NCBI RefSeq assembly: GCF_036321535.1
Contig: NC_087437.1
Coordinates: 13,890,001-13,954,000, forward strand
Direction of reading: 5' to 3'
DNA: 64,000 nucleotides
Origin: Camelus dromedarius
Lineage: Eukaryota
Part shown: positions 38,081-51,299 of the stretch, in pieces
Layout: each line of letters starts with the position of its first letter
How positions within the stretch are numbered: position 1 is the first letter of the stretch
Made by a program: the position numbers and the translations under genes
Notes under the pieces: generated by a model
Told to the model about the DNA's origin: nothing
Database searches by the model: none
What the model saw: only the letters and a program-made list of their open reading frames with translations

Positions 38081-38188
38081 CCCATGCATGATGACTATGA
38101 CTTAAGACAGGAACAGCTAAACAAAGCTTCTCTTCTCTCTTCAAAGAAGTTTCTGGAAAACTTACTGGACAAATTTAATTCCCATGTG
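38081..38188 (+). CDS. DNAJC13: DNAJC13 exon 14: [36 protein letters not shown]
   Basis: tcaatag|CCC ... GTG|gtaagt; 108 nt. Confidence 0.96.
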
Positions 38189-38911
38189 GTAAGTTATAAT
38201 TAAATTCGTCTTAATTAGAGATACCATACGTCATTGAAAGGTATCTGGAAGTGCAACATGGATAGGTTTTTTTTGTTTGTTTTAATTGTGAACTTTAACT
38301 TTGATTGGTACTGGTCACAGTTCAGCTTGGACACTAATTATAAAATATTCTGTTTTAGGACTATATCCATTTATCTGGAAAGGATAAGTTGCAAAGCCTT
38401 TAGCTTTTTACAGTGATAGTCCAGATTTTTGCTTTTTTTTTCTCACTCTTTGAAAATGTCATTTTGAAATAAGTTGCTCTAAAAAAATTAGCCTAAGTCT
38501 TTGTTCCTCAGTCATTGGTAACAGTTTTGGAGATGGGCAGTCTATATAACATCTAGAAGGGATATGAACAAATTGCAAGTGTTGTCAAAAATTGCTTTTT
38601 ATACAAATACACATAAACCTTAGTTATATGCTGTATGTAATTTAGTTATGTGTTTATGGAGTCTTGGTTATTCTCATGAAATTTGACTGAATTTTAATTA
38701 GTTTCCTTTTGAGATATGGTAAGCAGTGGATTTGCTACATTAGTAAAACGAGTACTGCTTGGAGTAGTACGTATGTTGAAAGTACTTTGAACCTCATGTT
38801 GGGAAGTTAGATATTTACTTCTACATATAGAATAACAAAGAAACCCATCACTGCTATGTTTTAAATGAAGCTCTCAGTCCTAAGCCAAGGCAATATGTTA
38901 CTTCGTTTCAG

Positions 38912-39067
38912 GATCATGGGACTGGTGCCCTAGTTATTAGCTCACTCTTGGACTTCCTTACTTTTGCCCTCTGTGCTCCATATAGTGAGACAACGGAAGG
39001 GCAGCAGTTTGATATGCTCTTGGAGATGGTAGCATCCAATGGACGAACACTCTTTAAACTCTTTCAG
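38912..39067 (+). CDS. DNAJC13: DNAJC13 exon 15: [28 protein letters not shown]...RTLFKLFQ
   Basis: gtttcag|GAT ... CAG|gtgaga; 156 nt. Confidence 0.96.
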
Positions 39068-39841
39068 GTGAGAGCTTATATTTTTATCAGATAACTGCTA
39101 ATTGGAGAGGACCACTTTTGGGATCAGTTTGGTTTTAAAATAATACATGTACGCTTTTGTAGTAATATAAATAAATAAGCCTGTAGTAACATAAATAAAT
39201 ACAGCCTAGTACATCATCATATTAGGACATTTAATTCCATAGATTTCTTGGTGTTTCACACAGAGCTTTGTTGATGGCTTTTGACCACTATTTGACTGTT
39301 GCACATCTTTTCTACCTTATAAGTAGTGAAAAACTCATTTTTTTCTGTCGTGGGCCCAAAGTTCCCTTTTCTTTTACAAGTTCCCAAATAATAAGATGAG
39401 TTTTAACAGGGCAGTTCATAAGCAATTGAAAACATAGCATTTATTTATTGTATACATGTATATGTGTATGTATATGATATTTATATTTTTACTATATTAT
39501 AAGTGTGAATTTATATTACTTTAATGTTTGATATTTATTATTCAGATAAGTAGAATATGTATTATTCAAATAAGTGCCAGCTGCAGCTGTTTCCTACTAC
39601 TATAAGCTGTATGTTTTAAATATCCGTAAAGCTGTATTGTAATAACACCTAAAATTTTTAACTAGACTGTGACTTGACTTTGAGATGTATTCTTTACTAA
39701 TTTTATGGCTTTTATCTTGCATAAAATTGTATATCCCTCTTAAGAGCAATGGCTGTATTTAGCTTTTGGAATGAATTTCTTTTCTTCTATGTTGGAATAA
39801 AATTCTTTTATTCTGTGATACTTTTTCTCCCCATTTTAAAG

Positions 39842-39898
39842 CATCCTTCCATGGCAATTATAAAGGGAGCTGGATTGGTTATGAAGGCAATAATAGAG
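39842..39898 (+). CDS. DNAJC13: DNAJC13 exon 16: HPSMAIIKGAGLVMKAIIE
   Basis: ttttaaag|CAT ... GAG|gtgaga; 57 nt. Confidence 0.95.
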
Positions 39899-41919
39899 GT
39901 GAGAGAACAATTTTGAAATCTTAAACTTAATAAGTGTTGATTGGCTATTTTAACTTGAGCTGACAAAATTACCTTTTAGTCGTTTATGGGAAATATGCAA
40001 TTTTTCTGGATAAGGAGATTAATTTTAAATCTTTATTTAGAAATTTGTTTTATTAAACTCATTGCAGAAATAATCCTCAATAATTAAACTAAGAATTTGA
40101 AGTTCTTAAGTAAGTGGATTTTGAGCAGATAAATTTTTCTGGTCCTCCATTATTTGTTAGCTTTATTTTAAAAGAAAAGGTAACATTCTTTCTCTCTTCC
40201 TCTTTTTTGGGGGGATAGTGTTAATGGTATTGAAATCTTTAGGTACTGAATTTATATGGAAATCTAATGGAGTTAGTTGTTCGTAGCAAAGTGGTATCAA
40301 ATACATATGGTAACAAAAGTTAGTTTCTCATGCTAATGTGCATATGATCAGGACATAATATTGTTGGGCACACGGTATTCCTTCTGCAGGATGCTTGCTT
40401 TAGCCTTCTGTTTTTTAGAGGACGAGATCATGGCTATGATTATCAGCGTGCATAGTGGATGTTTCACGATGATGCCAGTCTAAATGGCTTTTGAATTTGT
40501 GTATTCTTTGGTTATCATAGTAATTTGGATAAAATGTAAGAATGTTTGTTCCTTTTATCAAAAAGTTGCCATTTGTGGCTCATAAATATAAGTAGCTAAA
40601 TAATAAGCACAGAGTTAGTATACTCTTAAGCAGCTATTTAAAAAATTACATATAGACATTAGATTGTTTGAGACATCAAAGCTTATTTGCATATTTAGTG
40701 TATATATGCAACTAAAGGCTGATTTTCCCCCCTCCAGTTAATGGGTTCTGTGCTTGATATTAGCTTCCAAAGTACCATATCTCTCACTTACAGAGCTTGA
40801 AGTAGCCAAGGACAGTAAGGACCATCAGACCATATGCAAGTGTATTTCCGACCTTGATCCATCAATATATTATCATTCATTCAGAAATATTTAATGAGTG
40901 CCAGCTATAACCAAAATGCCAACTTTGGCTTCCCTGTAAGTCACACATGTCAAATTCATAGCCAGTGACTGGAGCCAACTTCTGTATAAGGCAGACTTAC
41001 TTCATGTATACTGAAATCCTGACAAATACTGTTTTCTGATTGGAAAGCAGCATGTGATCTTTTAAGAAACATTGAGATGTTCAGAACAAACACAAGAAAC
41101 AAATAAATCACCTATATTTTTACCATCCAGAGACAACTGCTAATAGTATGTCAATTAATATCCTCTCAGACTGTGATCAAAATTACATACACACATAGAC
41201 ATGCCAAGTATATATTTGTGTCCGCACTACATATTCATTTGTCAGAATGATACATGTACGTATTCATACTATGTGTATATTTGTATACACACTGCATATT
41301 CAGTTGTACTATGTACTTGTGCTTTTTTTCAGTAACATTGTGGACATTTTTACTTTGCAACAGGTTGTGTTAAGTATCTGCTTGCTTAATTCATACTTCT
41401 ATCATTACCTTTAATTAGTAGTCCTGTCTGTCCTACACTTTTGTCAGAGTCCATAGAAACAGTGAAATGAGAACTACTCCAACATCACATCATTCTTTAA
41501 AAAACAGAAGATTATATCTTCACCATAAAAATGAGTATATCTCTTTAATTAAAAAGCCAGCCAGGTTTGCAGATGCCTCTGGTTGGAATTGCTGATTCAT
41601 GTGAGTCCCCTCTCCCCTTCATTGGCTGACATACACTCAGGGAATGAACCTAATTTTAATATCAAGTTAAGCAAAGCATAATTCATAAGGTAAAGTTATC
41701 TGGGAACATTTAAACCTCATTCCAAAGGCAAATAATATTTTAAAAATGACTCGTACTACTATTCGCCTATGTTATTTTTGGATAATTGAATTGCATTTTT
41801 AATTTTTATTATATTGTATATGGAATAATTATTTTAACCAGAGATGTAAAAATAGTTTTACAATAGGATAGTTTGCTTTAGATTGCTGCTTTAGGGATCA
41901 TCTTACCCTTTTTCCAAAG

Positions 41920-42041
41920 GAAGGTGACAAAGAAATTGCTACAAAAATGCAGGAGCTTGCCCTAAGTGAAGGTGCCTTACCTCGACACTTGCATACTGCG
42001 ATGTTTACAATAAGCTCAGATCAAAGGATGCTTACGAATAG
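41920..42041 (+). CDS. DNAJC13: DNAJC13 exon 17: [41 protein letters not shown]
   Basis: ttccaaag|GAA ... AG|gtaggt; 122 nt. Confidence 0.95.
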
Positions 42042-44220
42042 GTAGGTTAAATTTAATTTGCTGTAAGTTAACTTGCTATTTAGAGAATGGATTCAGATAC
42101 TACATAAAACAAACTGAAAAAGCGTTTGGATTACACGAATGTTTTATTTTCTTTTGATTCACATGGTTCTTTTCCTTTCCTTATAGAAGAATTGTATCCA
42201 AATGATCATTGTCCCGGTCCCTGCATAACTTGGGAGGGAAAAAATAAAACCGTGTTTGATTTTTTTTCCCCCACTCTCCTCTTGTCAGGCTCTACACTCA
42301 CAGTCATGGGACTGGAACATGGAAAAGAGTGCTTAGTAGCTTATGGAGCAAAAACCACATGCCCAGGACTTCCTCTGCCTTTCCTTCTGACCATCTTGCA
42401 TGCAGATGGCCCCATGTGAAAACCTCATATAGTAGATTTTTTAAAAACTTTGGTCAGTTAGATACTCTAAGAATAAAGAAACCTTTATCTTCAACCAGCC
42501 TAACCTAAGCCTATCTGAAAACTTCTGTGGTTAAAGAATTTTTCCTTTGGGAAATCATGTTCTTTTTTATAATAATCCTTCAAATATGAGGAAACACATA
42601 AATCTATTCATTTACTCCAGGCTGTATGAATTCCATCCCTTTTAACTTTTCTTTATGGTTTCTGATATGCAACCCTTTCATATATCCTTAGCACACCATA
42701 TTATTACTCGTGACTAATATTAGTAAAAGATATGTATATATAATAAATATTTTAATCATGTTCTTTTTGGCTTTTAAAATAATGGCGTAATTGCTGACTT
42801 ATGTTTACTTTGTTATGAAAATATAAATTTCATTTCTCTGTCACCTACATCTAACCATTGGTGGTGGTTGTATGCTGCCTGCCAATAGTTTTCTGCTGTT
42901 TATACTAGTATAAGAAACTACCTGCATCCCTCACTTGTAAATATTAGCCACAAAAGCAGTCTTCTGTGTGCCTATGAGGACAAAAGATTTAAAAGGAAGG
43001 TTATTTCCTGGGTATTACTGCCTTATTAGCAATGCTAATCACCAGTAGAGACTCAGTATGTGATGTCTTACTCCATTAAACCTCCACATTAGCCCTTAGC
43101 CTGCTGTGTTCCTCTTTATTTAAGTTAATCAGTTAGGTTCTCTACTGTGATGAGTCACAATATTGAAAAGCTGTCAAATTATAATAGAAATACCACTTTT
43201 CATTTGCATTGTTTTATCTTTTTACAAACTTCTACTATAAAATGTTCTCTCTCTTATCCATAAAAGCCTTTTTAGGAATCTGATATGATACTAAATTGCC
43301 AGTGAAGGAAATTACAAGTGTCTGTCCTTGAATATGTTAGCTTCCAAATAGGAAGAAGCATGAACAATTTTAGTAATGTTTATTTATTTATTTATTTATT
43401 TTTTGATGCCAGAACAAAGCACAATTCAGGTTTTCCTATTAAACTTTTTCTTCTGGGAATGTAATGTGTATAAACACATATAGGTGGTCATTTCCGTCAC
43501 AGGTTTCCTGCCCATTCTTATTGTAAATGGCAATTGAATCCCTAAAAAAGCACAGAAGGATCTGTGGTGATTAAAATACATTCCCTGCTCGTGGAGGAGC
43601 TTCCAGTCTGGGTGACAAATGTCATCTTGAGGGTTACAGTTAATAAATGACTGAGTCATAGATTCAACATGGATCTTAGATTTTCACTTTGAACCAAAAT
43701 ACGCTTTTAACTCAAAAGTGGGATAAATAGATTAATATGTTTTAAGTATTTTAAGTATTTTTTTCAGACTCCAAAACTGAAAATATTTTCTATCTCTGAC
43801 CTTGTCAAGAAGTTTAAATTAGAACATAGTTGACTGTTGCTTATGTTCAGAGTTCCAAAGAATGGTAGAATGCTGGGAGCACTGTATTAGGATTTGTTAC
43901 ACAGCCAATTATATGATCACGTCTGACTGTCTTCCTATCTTTAAATGTGGCAGGAACCTACTTCTTCATGTTCCAGTCCATTGAAAATTAGTGAATTCAT
44001 CAAGGAAGCATTTTAATTTGGAGAAAATCCTGAGATTTAGCAGTGTTTGTATTACTATCTCATTCATCTCTCCAAATTAAAATATTTTTAGTATTTAACA
44101 TCAGAATGATTTTTTTTTTACTCTAGTCTTATTTCTTATATGATATTTTGTTCTTAAAAATTATTTTCTGTTCTAGTTGAGATACAGCAGCAAACCTTTC
44201 TCAACATCTGCTTTTTTCAG

Positions 44221-44296
44221 ACAGCTAAGTAGACATTTAGTGGGACTCTGGACAGCTGATAATGCAACTGCGACAAACTTGTTGAAACGCATTTTG
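44221..44296 (+). CDS. DNAJC13: DNAJC13 exon 18: [25 protein letters not shown]
   Basis: tttttcag|A ... TTG|gtaagt; 76 nt. Confidence 0.96.
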
Positions 44297-44559
44297 GTAA
44301 GTCAGTTGGATGACAGAAAAATTTATATATTCTTGCCCAGTAAAATTTTATTGTTATTTAAACTGTTAAGGGTTTTTTTCCGTTTATCTGTTTTTAATGT
44401 AAAAGCTACTTATCATAGAAGTTGTCATATAATAAATGCAACCCTCAATAGCTAAATCATAATATTAATTTTTGGATTTTGAAGGCTAGACTTTGTGTGT
44501 ATGTGTGCGGTTGTTTTGAAAGATGGGTTTTATATTTTGTTTTTGTTTGCTATTTTTAG

Positions 44560-44655
44560 CCGCCAGGCCTTCTAGCATACCTGGACAGCTCAGATCCAGT
44601 TCCTGAGAAGGATGCTGATCGGATGCATGTTAGAGATAATGTAAAAATAGCAATG
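44560..44655 (+). CDS. DNAJC13: DNAJC13 exon 19: [32 protein letters not shown]
   Basis: tttttag|CCG ... ATG|gtaaat; 96 nt. Confidence 0.96.
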
Positions 44656-44774
44656 GTAAATATGCTTGTTCTGAGTATCTTTTCAGAATGCAAATACTTT
44701 TCCTGAAGTACACTAAAAAGTTTAGAAATAAACCAAGAATTTACTGTTAAATAGTAGTATTCTTTCAAAATAAT

Positions 44775-44900
44775 TATAAACAGCTTCATTGAGGTAAATT
44801 TATATCCCAAAAATTCTTATCAGTTTTTAGTGTACACTTCAATTATCTTTAGTGTATTTTCTGAGTTGCAGTTATCACCACAGTCTAATTTTGTGAATAG
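44775..44900 (-). mobile_element. Short old L1 3' tip
   Basis: aacagcttcattgaggtaaattt...tttagtgtattttctgagttgcag. Confidence 0.6.
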
Positions 44901-45435
44901 TAATAATCTTGTATGTTTCATTTCTCTCACTGAGCATATTGGCACATTGAGGAATGGATTTTTTTTTTTAATTTCAAATGTATAAGGTGATATTTTATGC
45001 ATAATATATAATTGATAAATGTTGTTGAAAGGGGCCAACACTGAAAAACTTAATTTAGGTAGGACTTTTTTCCTTACAAAGCTATCTTAATTATTAATGC
45101 TGGGCTATTTTTGAGAAAATTACTTAACATCTTTCAAGATAATGCTGTTATAATAATGTCTTGTATGTATTTTTTTTTCTGTCTGCCCCCATCTCCCACT
45201 TACATCTTGCCATCCCTCTAAAAAGATTCATCTTGAAAACTAGATAGAAAAGTTAAGATTTCTTGGACAAAAACTGTAATTGGCTGTAGAAATTTTCACT
45301 TTGTTTTTTTCACTGAGCCCTAACATTCAGGATTTATTTAACCGTGTAAAATAAATAGTGTGACTCAGCTTTACTTGGATTTTAAAAAATAAATTCACAT
45401 ATAGGACTGTAATGGAATTCAACATTATTTTACAG

Positions 45436-45579
45436 GATCAATATGGAAAATTTAATAAAGTCCCAGAGTGGCAAAGACTAGCTGGAAAAGCTGCTAAAGA
45501 AGTTGAAAAATTTGCCAAAGAAAAAGTGGATCTTGTGTTAATGCACTGGAGGGATAGAATGGGCATTGCACAAAAAGAG
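45436..45579 (+). CDS. DNAJC13: DNAJC13 exon 20: [48 protein letters not shown]
   Basis: tttacag|GAT ... GAG|gtaaaa; 144 nt. Confidence 0.96.
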
Positions 45580-45804
45580 GTAAAAATAAAATCCCCTTCC
45601 AAACCTCTAGCATTTCTGTGTGTCCTGGTTACTTCCGGCGTTGCTGTTCACAGGCATGGAAGACATATTTCTGACTGAACACGTGAAGAAATGCCACCTA
45701 GATCTGATGATATTTTTATATAAATTTTTAATTCATAGTTTTATGACAATGATTAGTTATTAAATGTAAAATTCCCATCTTTTCTTCTGTAACTTCCAGT
45801 TTCT

Positions 45805-46124
45805 TTTTTTATTTTTTACATTTTTTATTGATTTATGATCATTTTACAATGTTGTGTCAAATTCCAGTGTAGAGCACAATTTTTCAGTTATACATGAACA
45901 TATATATATTCATTGTCACATTTTTTTCTCTGTGAGCTACCATAAGATCTTGTGTATATTTCCCTGTGCTATACAGTATAATCTTGTTTGTCTGTTCTAC
46001 GATTTTGAAATCCTGTCTATCCCTTCCCACCCTCCGCCCCCTTGGCAACCACAAGTTTGTATTCTATGTCTATGAGTCTGTTTCTGTTTTGTATTTATGC
46101 TTTGTTTGTTTGCTTTTGATTTTT
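45805..46124 (-). mobile_element. Young 5'-truncated L1 3' end, same family as 30417-30814
   Basis: Perfect 17-bp TSD TGTAACTTCCAGTTTCT at 45788-45804 and 46125-46141. Confidence 0.92.
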
Positions 46125-48259
46125 TGTAACTTCCAGTTTCTATACTTTTAAATTTGTATGTATCTATTTCCTTCCTTCTCTGAACTTTGTTTTGTAGTCT
46201 TTCTTATTTAGCTTTTTTATTGAGAACTAGCCAGAAAAGTATTTTGGAAGTAAGAGTCACATTGTTAAATTAAATATACTGCGTGTACTTAAATTTTTCA
46301 ACATTAGCTTCTCAGATCAAAGTCAGATCTAAAACAGTTTTAGTCTCATTTTTCAGCATGTAGTATGTGCTACAGAACCTAATTCAGTAATGTGCATTCT
46401 TCTGTCTACAATGGAATGTGCAGTGGTTAAGACTGACTTAAAAGTTTAATGTAAAAGATGTCTTGATCTCACGGTTTTTGTTGACCACACTTATACATTT
46501 TTTCCCTTTCACTATCTCTTTTTTTTTTGTAGTAGCTGTTTTCTTTTTCAAGGCAAAAGAAACGGGTTTCTTATGAATTTCTAACACAAATGGGTTTCTT
46601 ACGAATTTCCAGAATATCTAAACATAAGGCATCAGGTGCAAGAGTACAAGTATTATAGTCTTGTGTGTCTATCTGGAATTGAGACCAAAATTCTGTTCTT
46701 TAGAATTTGAGCTAATTTTCATTGTTCCATGAAAATTGATTTTCACGAGTGACACATGCACTATATAAAGAATCATTAAACGGGCTAGTCTAGGATAGTA
46801 AAGAGAACACCGAACTTTGAATTGCTTAATCTGCATCTGACTCTATCATTTATTAACCCAAATGGCAAGTTATGGGTTTTCAGAATTTTACTTTCCTTTT
46901 TCATAAAATGAGAATATCAGTACTCTGTTCTCTATTCTATGGGCTTGCTTTGATTTGCAAGTAAGATAATAAATACTTTATACATGTCTGGTCCTGGTAA
47001 TATTGCTATAGCATATACATAATTGAAAATCTGCAGGTATCATGTGAATGATTTTCACAGTTATTAAAAATTATAAGCTTCTGGCTTCAGGTAAATAAAC
47101 TCAGTTCTAAAATAACAGTTGTTTCAAGCTGTTGGATACAATTATACTGAAAATAAGTTTTTGGCATCAGACTTCATACATAACATTTATCCAGCATAAG
47201 CTTGAACACAAAGCTATTTTAGCTAGGGTTGTGGATAACATCTGTTACTTAATGACAAAAATTCAGAGGGAAACAAATATATTTTTAGTATTAATAATGT
47301 TTTATTGGTCTGTTGGTTTCATTTACATGGGATGTTATCTGAAGTGTTGAGCAAATATAACACCAAACAGGTATGCTTGTCAGTGAATTATTTTGGTAGC
47401 AGACTATTTCTGCTAAGGTTTTGTTCTGCCAAGGTTACTGTTTTTAACATTAATTTCTTTATGAAACAGTGGATAATCTTTGTGTCTGTTTTATTTGTAG
47501 AAATATTAACACCAAAATATCTAATTAATGATCTTGTACTTTAGCTAAAGTCTGACAATTAACCATTGACCAGATTAACTGGCTAGTCTTGAAATGAACC
47601 ACATTTCTTATATAATTAGAATGTTTATGACGTCAGTTGCATTTGTAGCTAATGTTCTGTGTTGGATTAATAATAACCGTTGGCTATGTATAAAACTGCT
47701 TTTTTCTTATTTATGTCATTTTCAACTTAGAGATTTTTTTCTTAGCCAGTTAGGACTTTAAGCCTTAGTCTCTTAATCAGTCAACTTAGTTTATAGAGAG
47801 CTAGTTCTTCTTTTTCTGTGGAGAGTTTACATTTTCATTACTGTAGCCTCCCAGCTTTTTGTCCTCAGGGCAGGGGAAATTGAAGAAAGAACTACTTAAA
47901 TAGAGAATTTAAGGAAAGATCTGTCATTAAAACTGAAATTTGAACTGTTTATATACTTTATTCAGGTCACCTTACATTAGTCCTCATGATAGTGCACAGA
48001 ATTAAAATTTGTAGGAAATACTTCCTTAATATGTTTTATATTTCAAGCAGCGTTTACTTTGTAAAATTTACTGCTCATTTAACCTTTATTCCTTCTGTGA
48101 TGTCTAGTCTGTTTTCTTGCTTTATTTTATATGATTTGCCATTTCCTTAATGAAGTTACAGACTTTCATGTTTTAATCTATACTGCTTTCTACTTTTTGC
48201 TTCTGTCACATTGAGGATTAGAATTCTCATGTCTGAAATATCTGCATGTTTTACTTGGA

Positions 48260-48425
48260 GTAACGATTCTTAACTTCTGGTCCATGTATGGACTTCCAAG
48301 AAATCTTTGAAATCTTCCCCTCTAATAGTAAGCCTTATAAATGTGTCTTTTTCTGGAGTAGAACCATATCTTTCTTTGAATTTTCAAATGGGTTTATGAC
48401 TGCCTAAAATTCGAGTCATAGACTT
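48260..48425. mobile_element. Degenerate hAT-Charlie MER-like remnant
   Basis: ttcttaacttctggtccatgtatggac...tttttctggagtag...ttttcaaatgggtttatgac. Confidence 0.4.
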
Positions 48426-48588
48426 AGAGAAGCAGGTGGGCCTTTTTCTGTCTAAAAGTAATAGACTTATATTGGTGACACCCTTGTGAAATTTGTGTAA
48501 TAGGTAGTTTAGCAGATACAGGTTCCCTCTCTTATTTTTATTTTATTTAAAACTTTTTTATTTTTTCCTTTTTTACAATTAAATTCAG

Positions 48589-48603
48589 GACAGAAACAAT
48601 ATG
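48589..48603 (+). CDS. DNAJC13: Candidate alternative 15-nt microexon (DRNNM) between exons 20 and 21
   Basis: Long U-rich tract plus aaattcag|GACAGAAACAATATG|gtgagt; phase 0/0, no stop codon. Confidence 0.8.
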
Positions 48604-49138
48604 GTGAGTTTAAGTCCCTGCTACATGTGTGAAATGCATTAAACTGCCTGGCATGTGGAGTCATCTTTGATAATTCTTTGTCTAATAAATTAAAGTCTCA
48701 CTTCACATGTGTCTGAGTGTAGATACTTATTTCTTGTCCATTAGCTTCTCTTGGCTTTGGTAGCAGCTTAATAATAACCTGTAAAGTTTTGCACTTATTG
48801 TTTTGCCATGATTCTATATTAACTGCATGTAAATGTTTAATAAAACAAGTCACTTTTTTTTTTTTACTGATAACAGATTTTATTCTTTATCACTGTAAAC
48901 TTTAACAAATTTTGGGGTTGAAACAATTCTAGGCTACATGGAAAATGTTTTAGCAACACTATAGAAATAAATGCTGGCAAACTGTTATATTGTGATGTAA
49001 TCTAATATTCTATCTTCATATTTTGTTTCATTAAGTGTGTCTCTGCCAAAATCACTTACAAAATGATTATATTCTGACTGAGCTTATTTGGTAGCCCCAG
49101 ATTGAGCACTATCAAGGTTTTTTTTTTTTCTTTTCCAG

Positions 49139-49221
49139 AATATAAATCAAAAGCCAGTAGTTCTTCGAAAGAGAAGACAAAGAATAAAAATAGAAGCAAA
49201 CTGGGATCTCTTCTATTATAG
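49139..49221 (+). CDS. DNAJC13: DNAJC13 exon 21: [28 protein letters not shown]
   Basis: ttttccag|AAT ... AG|gtaaac; 83 nt. Confidence 0.96.
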
Positions 49222-50374
49222 GTAAACTTTAAGTCTCTTTTCCAATTAATTAAATTTGGCATTGCCATTAGAAAAATCATGACTTTTTTCCTTTTTTTTT
49301 TTTTTTTTTTCCTGGCCTGAATCTAGTGCTTTACGCTATAGGTGTTTTCATGCTTTCAGAGTCAAGAACTATAACTGCTAAGATTGGTATGATTAGTGAT
49401 GCTTCCATAAAATTAAGGCCTTTTATAGAGTGTTGGTAGTCTGAAGAGCCAGAGATACTTTAAGAATTTTATTAAGGTTTAGAGATGGTTACTTTAAGAC
49501 ACTTTATTATGGCTTATAAATAACTGTGTTGTAACTTCTTTAAAGCCTTGTTGAAAATAGAATCTTTAAAGAGTTGGATGATGAAAACATGAGTAGACTT
49601 GTAGGAAATGAGTGTCCAAGTTAGCTGACCTCATATACTTTCTCAGCCTTTCTAGGATGCTGATCCCTTCTTTTCCCCATCTAATGCGCCATCCTCCCAC
49701 CTCCCCAACACTCTTCCCTGCCACATGCATAGAAGGACTTCTAAGCAAACATTTTGGGGAGTTTGCAAACCTTTGAGATTACTCACAGTACTCAGCTGTG
49801 AGTGCAAGCTGAGCTATTGATTATACCTTGGGTAATAAAGGAAAAAATGTGCTTTGAAAACTTCCACAGTATTTTAAAAGTGTAGTATGTATATAGTATG
49901 GCCTTAAGAATATGCCTTGGTTTTCTTCCTCTGGAACCCTCAATTGTGTTGTCCCCCCTAGAATTCCCTTGGAACTCTGGCATCAGACTTTCTAGGAGGA
50001 TTGCAGATTGAAAAAGAATGGATATGAAGCCCATCCATCCCTAGTTCAGACTTGTGTCCAGATGTATTACAATGGTTAAATAATTTCAGGAATAAAAGGA
50101 AAGTATTTTGAAAATGTCAGCCAGAGCTTGGCAGTTTAACAGTATACTTTTCTTAGGTAGTTTGTAACGTTCTAATGTAGAATGTCACTCATCCCACACA
50201 CTTCACATCTAGTAATCCAGAGATTCTTATCCCTAACCTGAAATTTGATACCTGTTTATGGTTCTTTTCTGACTGGAATTTATATTAGCAATGAATATTG
50301 AAATTGAAATATCAGTTCTTTGTTTTGAAATTCACAGAGATTTGTTTTTTAGTTTGTGTTCATTTTTCCTTCAA

Positions 50375-50485
50375 CATTTAGTATGAAAACTTTCAAACAT
50401 ACAGAAAAGGTGAAAGAATTTTACAATGAACACCTTTATACCAGTGACTAAAATTCTACCATTAACGTTTTACTATATTTACTTT
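50375..50485 (-). mobile_element. L1ME-like 3' tip
   Basis: tatgaaaactttcaaacatacagaaaaggtgaaagaattttacaatgaacacc. Confidence 0.65.
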
Positions 50486-50635
50486 ACAGAGATTTTACTT
50501 TCTTTCTTTCCACTTGCTAAAGTTTATTCATTCCACTGTTTTGTTGTTTATTATGAGTTGTAGTAAGGCATATTTATAGTTTTTTTTTTTAATGTTTATT
50601 GCTTCCCACTATTTTCTGATTACATGTATGTCTAG

Positions 50636-50789
50636 GTTTGGTCAGGACCATGCCAGGTCAAACCTAATTTGGAATTTCAAAACACGAGAAGAATTGAGAG
50701 ATAGTCTTGAATCTGAAATGAGAGCGTTTAATATTGATAGAGAGCTCGGTAGTGCTAATGTGATCTCCTGGAACCACCATGAATTTGAG
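50636..50789 (+). CDS. DNAJC13: DNAJC13 exon 22 (IWN motif): [27 protein letters not shown]...SWNHHEFE
   Basis: gtctag|G ... GAG|gtaaat; 154 nt. Confidence 0.96.
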
Positions 50790-50800
50790 GTAAATGTTAA

Positions 50801-50802
<2 letters not shown>

Positions 50803-50850
<48 letters not shown>
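50803..50850. repeat. (TG)24 microsatellite
   Basis: Perfect dinucleotide run. Confidence 0.98.
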
Positions 50851-50854
<4 letters not shown>

Positions 50855-51299
50855 TAAGCATGTATTATTTTTTGACTTTTTCCAAAACTAAAAAAGTTTG
50901 TAGTTGTCTAACATATATCTTTACCTATCACTCTTAATTTTATGGAGGAAATACTGTAAAACTTTAACCTTTGCCTGAGATGAAAGAAAAATTAATTTTG
51001 TTAAGTGCCTGAGCTTTGTGCCTGAGAATGAAATTAACGCATTTGATCCTATGTATCCCAGATCTGTTCTTTAATTTTTTTTTTCCTACTTAGATTCTTG
51101 ATTGAAACATAGTCTGTTCCTCTTGTTTCTTAATTAATTTTTGTGGTAGTTTGATTGTGAAGGTGGCCATTTTTTTTTGTGTTCTATTAAAATATTAACG
51201 TGAAAAATGACAAAATGAGAACAAGAAACGTGTTAGTGGTAGATGATCTTGTATGTTTCTGTATATAATTTAAACTTTTATTACAGCTGTAAATTTGAG

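Noticed and set aside
50664..50861. THTH and CVCV repeat ORFs
   Set aside because: They are translations of the (TG)24 repeat.
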